DNA of 64,000 nt from positions 96,001 to 160,000 of the forward strand of contig CAWDGJ010000003.1 in the NCBI GenBank assembly GCA_963801815.1, given 5' to 3'. The notes below the pieces were generated by a model. It saw only the letters and a list, made by a program, of their open reading frames with translations, ran no database searches and was not told where the DNA came from. The position numbers were made by a program, and so were the translations under genes. This DNA is from an uncultured Verrucomicrobiae bacterium. GTDB lineage: Bacteria; Verrucomicrobiota; Verrucomicrobiia; Chthoniobacterales; UBA10450. This document shows, piece by piece, positions 8,407-18,729 of the stretch. Each line of letters begins with the position of its first letter. The stretch's first letter is position 1.

Positions 8407-11400
8407 AACGCGTCCTTCAACATCCTCCCGAGCCGCCGACCGGTAAAAAATACTGGCGCAGTCTCGGCGATTATAGCAACACCGCGGAGTTCCGGGAGTG
8501 GTTGGAACGCGAATTCCCCGCCGGCGCGTCTGAACTGGACGAGAACGAATGGTCGCGACGCGACTTCATGAAATTGATGGGCGCCTCCATGGCTCTGGCG
8601 GGCCTTGGCCTAACAAGTTGCCGTCGCCCCCAAATGCATCTCGTTCCATTCACCAAAAGCGTGGAGTGGACGATTCCCGGCAAATTTCTCTACTACTCAA
8701 CGGCGATGCCGCGCCGCACCGGCGCAATTCCACTCGTCGCGACAACCATTGACGGCCGGCCGATCAAGCTCGAAGGCAATCCACTGCATCCGGCTTCGTC
8801 GGGAGGCACCGACCTCTTTGCCCAGGCGTCGGTCCTAGATCTCTACGATCCGACGCGTTCGCGCCGGTTCCTGAACAACGGCAAGGAAGCCAAGCGTGCC
8901 GAATTCGACGCTTACGTCGACAAACTGCGCGGGCAGCTCGGGACTGGAGACGGTCTCGCGTTTTTGGTCGAGGAAACGCATTCGCCCACCCGCGAACGAC
9001 TGCGCACGGAACTGGAGAAGGCATTTCCCAAAATGACGTGGTGCGTCTACGAGCCGGCGCTGAGCGACGCTCAAAATTTCGCGACGCGCGTTAGCTTTGG
9101 CGAAAACGTGCGCCTGATCCCGCGATTCGACCGCGCTGACGTGGTCCTCGCGCTCGACAGTGATTTTCTTGATTGCGGCGAAGGCGATCTCGCATCCTCC
9201 CGCGCGTTCACTGCGCGACGTCGTGTGACATCGGCGACCGATTCGATGAACCGTCTCTACGTAGTGGAGAACCGGTTCACGATCACCGGAGCCATGGCAG
9301 ACCATCGACTGCGCTTGCCCGCGAGCCAGATTGGAGTGTTCACTTATCTGCTCGCGGGAAAAATCGGCGCGCTGACGAACGACACCGGCCTTGTCTCGCT
9401 TCTTGGGACGCTGAGCGCGCCAACTGAGACGCCTCAGTTCGACGAACAGTGGCTGACGGAGTTGGCCAAAGACTTGGTTGCGAAATCCGGAGCGAGCATT
9501 GTTTTGACGGGACAGCAACAACCGGTTGCCGTTCAACTGCTCGCTTACGCAATCAACGCCACGCTGAAAAATGTCGGCCGCACTATCCTCGTTCGCGAGT
9601 TCGTGCGAAATCGAAACAACAGGAGCATTTTGCAGTTGGCCGACCGGATAGGCCGTGGCGAAATCAAACAGCTTTTCATCTTTGGTGGCGATCCGGTTTA
9701 TAACGCGCCTCGCGCAGTCGCCCAGGATCCGGACAAGAAATTCTTTGTCGATTGGATCGAGCTGCAAAAGAAAGTGTCCGAAGTAGTGCGGCTTGGTTAT
9801 CACGAGGACCAGACATCGGCAGTCAGTCAGTGGCATGTGCCGATGGCGCACTATTTGGAATCATGGGGCGACGCTGTCGCGGCGGACGGTTCGTATTTGT
9901 CGATCCAACCCATGATTCTGCCGTTGTTTGGCGGGCTCAGCGAGATCGAAATCCTGAACGCGCTGCTGGGCCATCCGAAAGTCGACGGGCCGAAGCTAAT
10001 CCAGGAAACGTTCCGTGCGACCCGGCCGCCAGGCGATTTTCAAACTGCGTGGTCGAAATTTTTGCACGACGGCTTCGCTGCTCATGTCGCGCCGCACGAC
10101 CGGCCGGCAACGTTTAACGTCGGAGCTGCCGGGGGGCCTGCGAAACACCTTTGGTTCGCAGTGCCGGTGCCGACTTCGGAGTCGCCCGAAGTTGTTTTTG
10201 TTCGCAGTTACGCGATGGATGATGGCCGCTACAGCAACAACGGCTGGCTTCAGGAGTTGCCAGACCCAATCACGAAGCTGACCTGGGACAACGGCGCCAT
10301 GATGAGTCCCAACTTCGCCAAGTCACTTGACGTCGAAACCGGGGATCTCATCCAAATTACAATCAACGAAGGCGCTCGCGACGCGAACGATCAACCGATC
10401 CGGCGTGAGCTGGTGATTGCGGCTTTGGTTTCGCCCGGACACGCGGAGAACTCGGTTACGATTTCGCTCGGGTACGGGCGCACGATTGCCGGCCGTGGGC
10501 CGCTCCCGTACGCTGGTGACGATGCCGCGAATAATCCGCCGGCCGGCGATGTTCCAGGTTTCAACGCCTATTTTCTACGCACTGCGGCCAATCCGCATTT
10601 TGTGGTCGCAGATGGAAAGGCGATCGAGAGCATTAAGATTTCGAAAATTGGCAAAAAATATCCGCTTTCGATTACGCAAGACCATTGGAGCATCGAAGGT
10701 CGCGGACTGGTGCGAGAAGCGAAATTGGAAGAATATCGCGAAGACAATAATTTCGTCGACAAATGCGCCGGCATCGATGAGCCGCAGAAATTTTTGCCGT
10801 CAATTTACAGCCATCCGCCGCTGGTGGCACCGCAGCAATGGGGAATGGTGGTTGATCTCAATGTGTGCACCGGTTGCAGCGCGTGCGTGATCGCATGCCA
10901 GTCCGAGAACAACATTCCCGTGGTCGGCAAACTTCAGGTGGCGCACGGCCGCTGGATGCACTGGATCCGGATCGATCGTTACTTCGCGAGTGCCAAACCG
11001 TTCAACGAGGACAACGGCGAATTTCCGCAGGACCCGGAGATGGTACATCAACCGATGATGTGCCAGCACTGTGAGAACGCGCCGTGCGAAACGGTTTGTC
11101 CGGTCAACGCTACGATCCACAGCGAGGATGGATTAAACGTGATGGCTTACAACCGCTGCGTCGGTACACGCTATTGCGCGAACAACTGTCCGTTCAAGGT
11201 GCGCCGATTCAATTTCTTCGATTACAATCAGCGGCCAGTGGGGAGGAGGAAGATCGCCGGGCAATTCGGGATCTATTCGGAATACTTCGCGCCCTTTACC
11301 GACAAAGGCGCGCCCGATACCACCAAGATGCAAAAGAATCCCAACGTCACGGTGCGCATGCGTGGGGTGATGGAGAAATGCACTTACTGCGTGCAACGCA

Positions 11401-11705
11401 TCGAGGAAGCGAAAATCGCCACCCACGCGCGCGTCGGAGCGTCTGACGGCGATCTCCGCATCCCGCGAGACTCATTCACTTCGGCCTGTGCCCAGGCGTG
11501 CCCGCACGAGGCCATTACCTTTGGTGATATCAAGGACCCGGAAAGCAAAATTTCCAAGATGAAAGCAGCCGATCGGAACTACCGGTTGCTCGATTATTTA
11601 AACATCAAAGCGCGGACCAGCTATCTGGCGCGTCTTCGCAATCCGAACCCGAAAATGCCGGACGCACGGAACATCGGCGTGGCAAGCCCGGAGGAGAAAG
11701 CGTGA
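8403..11705 (+). CDS. actB: Alternative complex III subunit ActB (molybdopterin-oxidoreductase-like domain fused to an Fe-S domain)
   Basis: YWRSL..EF, TAT signal SRRDFMKLMGAS followed by LTSC, GRPIKLEGNP, Fe-S motifs CTGCSACVIAC, CQHCENAPC, CVGTRYC and CTYC. ATGA overlap with actA. Confidence 0.93.
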   Translation: MKRVLQHPPEPPTGKKYWRSLGDYSNTAEFREWLEREFPAGASELDENEWSRRDFMKLMGASMALAGLGLTSCRRPQMHLVPFTKSVEWTIPGKFLYYSTAMPRRTGAIPLVATTIDGRPIKLEGNPLHPASSGGTDLFAQASVLDLYDPTRSRRFLNNGKEAKRAEFDAYVDKLRGQLGTGDGLAFLVEETHSPTRERLRTELEKAFPKMTWCVYEPALSDAQNFATRVSFGENVRLIPRFDRADVVLALDSDFLDCGEGDLASSRAFTARRRVTSATDSMNRLYVVENRFTITGAMADHRLRLPASQIGVFTYLLAGKIGALTNDTGLVSLLGTLSAPTETPQFDEQWLTELAKDLVAKSGASIVLTGQQQPVAVQLLAYAINATLKNVGRTILVREFVRNRNNRSILQLADRIGRGEIKQLFIFGGDPVYNAPRAVAQDPDKKFFVDWIELQKKVSEVVRLGYHEDQTSAVSQWHVPMAHYLESWGDAVAADGSYLSIQPMILPLFGGLSEIEILNALLGHPKVDGPKLIQETFRATRPPGDFQTAWSKFLHDGFAAHVAPHDRPATFNVGAAGGPAKHLWFAVPVPTSESPEVVFVRSYAMDDGRYSNNGWLQELPDPITKLTWDNGAMMSPNFAKSLDVETGDLIQITINEGARDANDQPIRRELVIAALVSPGHAENSVTISLGYGRTIAGRGPLPYAGDDAANNPPAGDVPGFNAYFLRTAANPHFVVADGKAIESIKISKIGKKYPLSITQDHWSIEGRGLVREAKLEEYREDNNFVDKCAGIDEPQKFLPSIYSHPPLVAPQQWGMVVDLNVCTGCSACVIACQSENNIPVVGKLQVAHGRWMHWIRIDRYFASAKPFNEDNGEFPQDPEMVHQPMMCQHCENAPCETVCPVNATIHSEDGLNVMAYNRCVGTRYCANNCPFKVRRFNFFDYNQRPVGRRKIAGQFGIYSEYFAPFTDKGAPDTTKMQKNPNVTVRMRGVMEKCTYCVQRIEEAKIATHARVGASDGDLRIPRDSFTSACAQACPHEAITFGDIKDPESKISKMKAADRNYRLLDYLNIKARTSYLARLRNPNPKMPDARNIGVASPEEKA

Positions 11706-11723
11706 GATGTCGACCTTAACTAG

Positions 11724-13179
11724 ATGATGGAACCAACAGCACCAGAGATGATCCAAGGCGGGGCGACAACCGGCGAACGGTCGCTTGCCCGCGTACCGCT
11801 GGTACTGAATCGCCGGAACTTCAGCTGGATCACCGAGCGCATTTCAGGCGTGGTTGAAGAACGTGCACCGCGGTGGTGGTGGGTTTGTTTCACCATCACC
11901 GGCGCCATCGCGATGTTCGGCTTGTTTTGCATCGGCTACCAAATTTCGACCGGCGTTGGCGTATGGGGGAATAACATTCCGAATCGGATGGGCCTGGGAT
12001 ATTACGAACTTCGTTTTCTGGATCGGTATCGGACACGCCGGCACGCTGATTTCGGCCATTTTGTATTTGTTGCGCCAAAGATGGCGGACTTCCATCAACC
12101 GTTCGGCCGAAGCTATGACGCTTTTCGCGGTGATGTGCGCGGCGATCTTTCCGGGCATTCATGTCGGCCGCGTCTGGATGGCGTGGTATCTCGCTCCGGT
12201 TCCGAATAACTACGGCATCTGGCAGAACTTCCGCAGCCCGCTGATGTGGGACGTTTTCGCGGTCTCAACCTATTTCACGGTCTCGGTGTTATTTTGGTAC
12301 ACCGGACTGATTCCTGACTTGGCGACGCTGCGAGATCGGGCGACCACGAAGATCAAGAAATTTTTGTTCGGCGTTTTCGCATGTGGATGGCGCGGCTCGA
12401 ACCGGAACTGGCGTCATTACGAAATGGCGTATTTGCTTTTGGCGGGCCTTTCCACGCCGCTGGTCTTGTCGGTTCACAGCGTTGTGTCTTTCGACTTCGC
12501 GTCGTCGATCCTGCCAACATGGCACACGACGATCTTCCCGCCCTACTTCGTCGCCGGCGCGATTTTCGGCGGCTTCGCGATGGTATTGACGTTGCTGATC
12601 CCGGCTCGCGCAATTTTCAAGCTACACGACATCATAACGCCGCAGCACATCGATAAAATGGCAAAGATCATTTTGCTGACGGGCTCGTTCGTTACTTACG
12701 CCTATGCGATGGAATTTTTCGTCGCCTGGTACAGCGGTAACGCTTACGAACGTTTCGCGTTCTGGAACCGCGTGCTGGGTCCGTATTGGTGGTACTGGTG
12801 GACGGGCATGTTGTTCTGTAACATGCTTTCTCCGCAGCTTTTCTGGTTCCGTTGGTGCCGGCGCAACATTCTCGTCGTCTACTTCGTTTGCATGTGCGTG
12901 AACGCGGGCATGTGGTTCGAACGTTTCATTATCATCGTCGGCGGATTGCACCGCGATTTCATTCCGTCTTCGTGGGGATTGTTCATCCCAACCTGGGTCG
13001 ACATTTGGACGTTCATCGGCACGCTCGGAATCTTCACGTCGTTGTTCCTTTTGTTCATTCGCTTCCTTCCGATGATCGCAATGTCGGAAGTGAAGATCGT
13101 TTTGCCGGAAGCGGACGCGCATGCGCATTCGCCAAACGGACATCAACCAGCTCAAGCCGGGGGAATGGAGCGCGCATGA
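11724..13179 (+). CDS. actC: Alternative complex III NrfD/PsrC-like quinol-binding subunit ActC; one +1 frameshift near 11982 (likely sequence error)
   Basis: [10 protein letters not shown] joins [27 protein letters not shown] if one A in ccgaatcgga is removed; also [16 protein letters not shown] and GMWFERF. Confidence 0.9.
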
Positions 13180-13730
13180 GAACTCCTTACGGGCACGAGG
13201 TCTACGGTATGGCTGCGGAATATCCGAGTCCACACGCCCTTTACGAAGCGGCGAAAATCGTGCGAGACGCCGGTTTCAAACGCTGGGACGTGCATTCACC
13301 ATTTCCGATTCACGGAATGGACGACGCCATGGGACTCGGAAAATCGTGGTTGAGCGCCGTGGTCTTGATCGGCGGAATTTTGGGCATTTCGACTGCGATG
13401 TTCATCGAATTCGGCTCGTCGTGGGGCCTCTATCCGTTGATTGTGCACGGCAAGCCGTACGACTGGAAAGTCGTGCCTGCGTTCTTCCCAATCATGTTCG
13501 AACTGACGGTGCTTTTCTCGGCGTTTGCCGCGTTCTTCGCTGTGCTGATCATGAACGGGCTGCCACGGCCGCATCATCCGATTTTTAACTGGGACCGGTT
13601 TGCTCGTGCCACTAACGACGGGTTTTTCCTCGTGATTGAGGCGCGCGATCCGCGGTTCACCGAAGTCGAAGCGCGCGAATTACTCGAGCGCAGCGGCGGG
13701 GAACACATCACTATCGTGCACGAAGACTGA
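13176..13730 (+). CDS. actD: Alternative complex III subunit ActD (DUF3341)
   Basis: [20 protein letters not shown] and FELTVLF; ATGA overlap with actC. Confidence 0.9.
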   Translation: MRTPYGHEVYGMAAEYPSPHALYEAAKIVRDAGFKRWDVHSPFPIHGMDDAMGLGKSWLSAVVLIGGILGISTAMFIEFGSSWGLYPLIVHGKPYDWKVVPAFFPIMFELTVLFSAFAAFFAVLIMNGLPRPHHPIFNWDRFARATNDGFFLVIEARDPRFTEVEARELLERSGGEHITIVHED

Positions 13731-13732
13731 TT

Positions 13733-14482
13733 ATGTTGCGCGGCTTCCTCTTAATTTCTTTATTGCTCACGATCGCGGCGGTAGCCGTCCTCGGTTTCCG
13801 TGGCGAAAAAACCACGAATGAGCCCTGGGAAATCTTTCCCGACATGGTGCGGCAAATGAAGGTGCGCGCGCAATCACCGTTGAACTTTTTTGCGGATGGC
13901 CGCGGACCGCGCCTGCCAATCAACGGAACGGTGCCGATCGGTTACGAAATGCCGAAGGCAGAGACGAGTACACCGGCGACGGGGTCGGAATCAATGCCGC
14001 ACGGGTTCAGCATTGGCACGGATTACGTCGACACTGGGAAGATGGGCGCCAATTGGGGAACCGGTATTCCGGTTCCGGTCACGCCGGAGTTGCTTGAACG
14101 AGGTCGCCAGCGTTTCAACATCACTTGCGTGATGTGTCATGGCGCGACCGCGGCTGGAAACGGCATCACGAAACAGTACGGCCTGGCCACGGTGGTGTCG
14201 CTGCAGGACGATCGCATCCGCAAAATGGCTGACGGCGAAATTTTCAACACGGTCACCAACGGCAAGAACACGATGATGGCTTACGGTCCAACGATCATGG
14301 TTGCCGATCGATGGGCGATCATTGCGTATCTGCGTGCGCTGCAACGCAGCCAGGGCGCGACGGTTGCCGATGTGCCGCCGGAACATCGCGCCGATTTGGA
14401 CAAATCGACTGAAACTAAGCCGGCCGAGGGCAAACCTGCTGAAGCAAAACCTGCAGCGAAACCGGAGGCGCCAAAGAAATGA
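13733..14482 (+). CDS. actE: Alternative complex III monoheme cytochrome c ActE
   Basis: DMVRQ, GTVP, GRQRFNITCVMCHG, DGEIFNTV..G...M and DRWAIIAY. Confidence 0.9.
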   Translation: MLRGFLLISLLLTIAAVAVLGFRGEKTTNEPWEIFPDMVRQMKVRAQSPLNFFADGRGPRLPINGTVPIGYEMPKAETSTPATGSESMPHGFSIGTDYVDTGKMGANWGTGIPVPVTPELLERGRQRFNITCVMCHGATAAGNGITKQYGLATVVSLQDDRIRKMADGEIFNTVTNGKNTMMAYGPTIMVADRWAIIAYLRALQRSQGATVADVPPEHRADLDKSTETKPAEGKPAEAKPAAKPEAPKK

Positions 14483-15681
14483 GCGATCGATTGCAGAACG
14501 CGCCGACGCCGGAGGGCGAATATTTCGAGAGTGGACGGTTCGGAGGACTATCGGTGTTGCTCGGAGTGATCGCTTTCGTCGCCCTGGCACTTTGCGGGGC
14601 AGGCGCGGCGATTGATCCGCAGCAGTTCAGCTATTCGTGGCTGTTCGCGTTTGGATTTTTCTTCACCCTGTGCGCGGGCTGCTTCTTCTGGACGATTGTG
14701 CATTACGCGACCGATGCCGGGTGGACGGTCGTCGTCCGCCGTCAGCTCGAAAACATTTCCGTGCTGGTGGCGGTTCTGGCCATTTTCTTCATCCCCATTT
14801 TTCTCCTGCGGCACCACCTCTACGAGTGGATGAACATTCCGCCCGGGAAGGAACCGAACCTCGATTCCAAGCGCGCCTACTTGAATTTAAGCTTCTTCAT
14901 TCTGCGTGCGGTGTTCTTCCTCGGGTTCTTTATCATCGCCTCGCAATTGCTGAGAAGCTTTTCCGTCCGCCAGGACAGGGACGGCAGTCCCCGGTTCACG
15001 ATTTGGCTGCGCAAGGTTTCATTCGTGAGCCTTCCGCTGTTCGCGTTATGTCTGACTTTCGGAGCTTACGATTGGTTGCTCGGTCTGCAGTATCGCTGGT
15101 TCTCGACCATGTTCGGCGTTTACATTTTTGCCGGAGCAGCCGGCAGTTCGATGTCGTTGCTGGTCTTGGTGATCACTGCACTGCGGAAAGCCGGTTATCT
15201 GAAGAATGTCGTCACCCATGAGCATTATCACATCATGGGGAAATGGATGTTCGCTTTCTGCGTTTTCTGGGCCTACATCGGGTTCGGCCAATACATGCTC
15301 ATCTGGTACGCGAACATGCCGGAAGAGACGAATTACTTTCTGGTCCGGAACACCGAATCCTGGTGGTACTTGAGCATGCTGCTGGTCTTTGGCCGCTTCT
15401 TTGGGCCGTTCGTGATCTTGCTTTTGCGCTCGATCAAGAAACATCCGAATCAGCTTTGTTACGTCGCCGTCTGGATCGTGTTCATGCAAATGCTCGACAT
15501 CTATTTGGTTGTGTTACCGGCGCTGCACGGGACCGGAATACACGTGAGCGTGTGGGATCTTGCCGCGCTAATTGCCATGGGCGCGACGCTGGCGTTCGCA
15601 TTTTTGCGCATCGTCGGCAAAACATCGCTCTTTCCAGTACACGATCCGCGTCTGGTGGAATCCTTAAAGTTAGTGAACTAA
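14479..15681 (+). CDS. actF: Alternative complex III membrane subunit ActF
   Basis: LYEW, YLN..FF..R, WFSTMFG and QYMLIWYANMPEE; operon position. Confidence 0.9.
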   Translation: MSDRLQNAPTPEGEYFESGRFGGLSVLLGVIAFVALALCGAGAAIDPQQFSYSWLFAFGFFFTLCAGCFFWTIVHYATDAGWTVVVRRQLENISVLVAVLAIFFIPIFLLRHHLYEWMNIPPGKEPNLDSKRAYLNLSFFILRAVFFLGFFIIASQLLRSFSVRQDRDGSPRFTIWLRKVSFVSLPLFALCLTFGAYDWLLGLQYRWFSTMFGVYIFAGAAGSSMSLLVLVITALRKAGYLKNVVTHEHYHIMGKWMFAFCVFWAYIGFGQYMLIWYANMPEETNYFLVRNTESWWYLSMLLVFGRFFGPFVILLLRSIKKHPNQLCYVAVWIVFMQMLDIYLVVLPALHGTGIHVSVWDLAALIAMGATLAFAFLRIVGKTSLFPVHDPRLVESLKLVN

Positions 15682-15682
15682 A

Positions 15683-16228
15683 ATGGCCGACACCGAACAA
15701 ATTCGCCAGCAAGTGCAATCGCCCGCGCCGTTTTCAACGTGGCTCGGCGTTGTTCTGTTGATGTTTTTGTTCGGAGCGATTTCGATCGCGATCATTGGTC
15801 CGGCGCCACGCGGCGACACGTACGAGCAGCAGCGCGCGCAAAATCGCGAGAAAAAACTCAAGGACCTGCGCGACGAGGACGCGAAAGCATTAACGAGTTA
15901 TGCGTGGATCGACAAAAACAAAGGCACGGTGCGGTTGCCAATTGAGCGCGCGATGGAATTGACGGCTGCCGAACTTGCAAACAAGAAGCCAATAGCGGCT
16001 GGACCGATCGCAACGCCAACGCCGGAAGCCTCAGCTTCACCTGCACCGGCTGCGGCTTCGCCGGCGCCGGCTAGGGCAAGCGACACCCCGAAAACGACCT
16101 CAGTGGCGGGACAGCATTCTGAAGCCCAAGGCCAACCCGCCGCCGCCATAAATCCGCCGTCGGCGCAACCGTCGACTCAACCCGGCGCTAGCGCTGCTCC
16201 GTCCGCGTCACCTTCCACCACACCATAA
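15683..16228 (+). CDS. ActG-like single-TM protein with an Ala/Pro/Ser-rich tail
   Basis: One TM followed by LTSYAWIDKNKGTVRLPIERAMEL, typical of the small gene found after actF. Confidence 0.7.
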   Translation: MADTEQIRQQVQSPAPFSTWLGVVLLMFLFGAISIAIIGPAPRGDTYEQQRAQNREKKLKDLRDEDAKALTSYAWIDKNKGTVRLPIERAMELTAAELANKKPIAAGPIATPTPEASASPAPAAASPAPARASDTPKTTSVAGQHSEAQGQPAAAINPPSAQPSTQPGASAAPSASPSTTP

Positions 16229-16249
16229 GATGCCGATCCTGCCTAACGA

Positions 16250-17733
16250 ATGACTTCAGCCACTGACATTCCATTAAAGCAACCAACTGTTTCCGCGACG
16301 GCGGGCGACGCCGAACAGTTGGAGCGCGCTTTGATCGACGCTTCCACGCGCGTGCCGGTGTTGATGTTTTACGCGTCGGCGATGGCCTGGCTGCTGATCG
16401 GAACGCTGCTCGCCGGCTTTGTTTCATTCAAATTGCATGCCCCCGACATGTTCTCGAACGTCAGCTTTCTCACATGGGGCCGGATGCGTCCGGTGCATAT
16501 GAACGTGATGGTCTACGGCTGGGCGTCGATGGCCGGCATGGGAACGGCGATCTGGTTGATGGCGCGATTATGTCGAACGACGCTCCGACATCCGTTGCTG
16601 CTCGTTACCGGCATTGGTTTTTGGAATATCGGCGTGCTCGTCGGCGTCATCGCGATTCTGATGGGCTACAGTACGGGATATCAATGGCTCGAGTTTCCCC
16701 GTACGCGGCCGTAATTCTTCTGGTCGCATACGCGCTGATCATTTCCTGGGCCGTGCTGATGTTTCGTTTCCGGCGCGGGGAACAGATTTATATCACGCAA
16801 TGGTATTTGCTCGGCGCGTTTTTGTGGTTCCCATGGCTCTACGCCGCCGCGCAAGCGATGCTCTTCGTTGTTCCGGTGCAAGGTGTCATGCAGGCGGCAG
16901 TGGGCTGGTGGTACGCAAACAATCTGATGTTCTTGTGGCTCGGGGCAATTGCACTCGGCACCGCCTATTACATGATTCCGAAAGTGATCGGCCGTCCGGT
17001 CTACAGCTACCACCTGGCGACGATCGGATTTTGGACTTATGCGCTCTTTTCCAGTTGGACTGGAATGCAGCGCCTTGTCGACGGTCCGTTCCCAGCCTGG
17101 ATGATCACCGCCAGCATCGCCGCCACGATCCTGACCATTATTCCAGTCGCGACCGTCGGACTAAATCATCACATGACGATGCAAGGTTACTTCCCAGTAA
17201 TGCGATATAGCCCAACGCTCCGATTCACCGTGTTCGGCGCGATGGCCTATACGGTGTTCAGCCTTGTCGGCGTGCTGATTTCGCTGCGCTCGACGGCGCG
17301 CTACTTGGACTTTAGCGAAGCAAGCGTCGCCTATTCGCATATTGGTCTCTACGCGTTCTTCACCATGGTAATGTTCGGTTCGATGTATTACATCGTGCCG
17401 AGACTGGTCGGTCGCGAATGGCGCTACGCGACACTGATCAAGCTCCATTTCTGGGCGTCGGCTTACGGCGTCGGCCTGATGTCATTGATGTTGTTGGTGG
17501 GTGGCCTTGCACAAGGTGCGAGCCAGAATGATTCCTCTCTCCCTTTCATCGAGAGCATTCAAAGTGTGCTGCCTTATCTGCGCGGTCTGGTAATCGCGGC
17601 TCTTTTGCTCACGATATCGCATTTCATTTTCGCGTTTCATTTTAGTCTGATGTTGTTTGGGCTTGGCCGCACTTCGACCGTTCCCACGTTCTTGAATCCA
17701 GTCGAAGCGGAAGGAACGGAGACGCACTTATGA
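16250..17733 (+). CDS. ccoN: CcoN-like (C-family heme-copper oxidase subunit I fold) protein lacking the binuclear-centre ligands; one base missing in the C-run near 16697-16700
   Basis: WGRMRPVH, LMARLC, WLEFP, YYMIPK..GRPVYSY and MYYIVPRL are CcoN-like. WWYANN, WTGMQRL and VAYSH replace WWYGHN, WAGPHHL and IGHVH. Confidence 0.85.
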
Positions 17734-18656
17734 AGGGATTGCTTCCGTTGTTTCTCGGTGTGTTCGGAACATTCACGTTTTCGTGGGTCGGACTCACTGT
17801 GATCCCGAATCTGCAAATTGGTTCCCTCAATCCGCAAATGGACGAGGAAGGCACCGATATTTATCCGATGCCGCCATCAGGAATGGTTGCGCACGGGCGG
17901 CAGGTTTATGCCGCAAATGGCTGCATCTACTGCCACAGTCAACAACTTCGACCTGATTATGCATCCGCGGACATTGACCGCCTCCGCGATGCGGCCCCTT
18001 CACCTCAGCCGAAATGGGGCGTGCGCCGAAGCGCGCCGCGCGATTACATTTTTGATCGACCAGTTTTGCTCGGAAAGGAAAGAATGGGCCCCGATTTGGC
18101 GAACGTTGGCAAGGCTGCACCGTCAGAGGAAGAAAAGCCCGCAGCTGCGCCCGCCGCAAGCGCCCCCGCGGCCTCGCCGTCCACTGCTCAAGCGCCGGCC
18201 GCGAATTCAGCGCCATCGAAACCAGGCGCTGCCGCGTCGCCTTCGGCATCGCCAACGCCTGCCGCCGCGGCAAGTCCTTCAGCGACGCCGAATCTTAATG
18301 GGGTCCCGCCCCCCTATTCTGAAGCATGGCATCATCGGCATCTTTATGCGCCCCGCAGCATGAATCCGGACACGAGGGATTCAAACATGCCCGCGTATCA
18401 GTTTCTTTACGAGAAACGGCGGATCAGTGGCGAACGTTCTGCAGACGCACTGCAATTGATCGGCGCGGATGCGCCGCCCGCGGGTTGGGAAGTTGTCCCG
18501 ACTTACGACGCCAAATGTCTCGTCGCGTATTTGATGTCACAGGACCAATCGCATCCATTGAAAGAAGTTAAGAGTGCGCCGGGCGCGGCGCCTCCTGCCG
18601 GTTCGCCGGCCGCTTCCGCAGCCGGGTCACCGGCTCAACAGCCCCCAAAGAAATGA
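17730..18656 (+). CDS. ccoO: CcoO-like membrane-anchored monoheme cytochrome c with an internal Ala/Pro-rich insert
   Basis: GRQVYAANGCIYCHSQQ, GKERMGPDLANVG and HLYAPRS..SNMPAY. Confidence 0.88.
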   Translation: MKGLLPLFLGVFGTFTFSWVGLTVIPNLQIGSLNPQMDEEGTDIYPMPPSGMVAHGRQVYAANGCIYCHSQQLRPDYASADIDRLRDAAPSPQPKWGVRRSAPRDYIFDRPVLLGKERMGPDLANVGKAAPSEEEKPAAAPAASAPAASPSTAQAPAANSAPSKPGAAASPSASPTPAAAASPSATPNLNGVPPPYSEAWHHRHLYAPRSMNPDTRDSNMPAYQFLYEKRRISGERSADALQLIGADAPPAGWEVVPTYDAKCLVAYLMSQDQSHPLKEVKSAPGAAPPAGSPAASAAGSPAQQPPKK

Positions 18657-18729
18657 ATCGAGCGAGACGAGACGGGCGGAAGGCATGGCAAAGCGGCGAG
18701 GGTAGCCGAAATTTTTCGGGAGAAAAATT

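Noticed and set aside
8403..11705. Molybdoenzyme such as a nitrate or polysulfide reductase
   Set aside because: The actA-F context identifies ActB, which is known not to bind a Mo cofactor.
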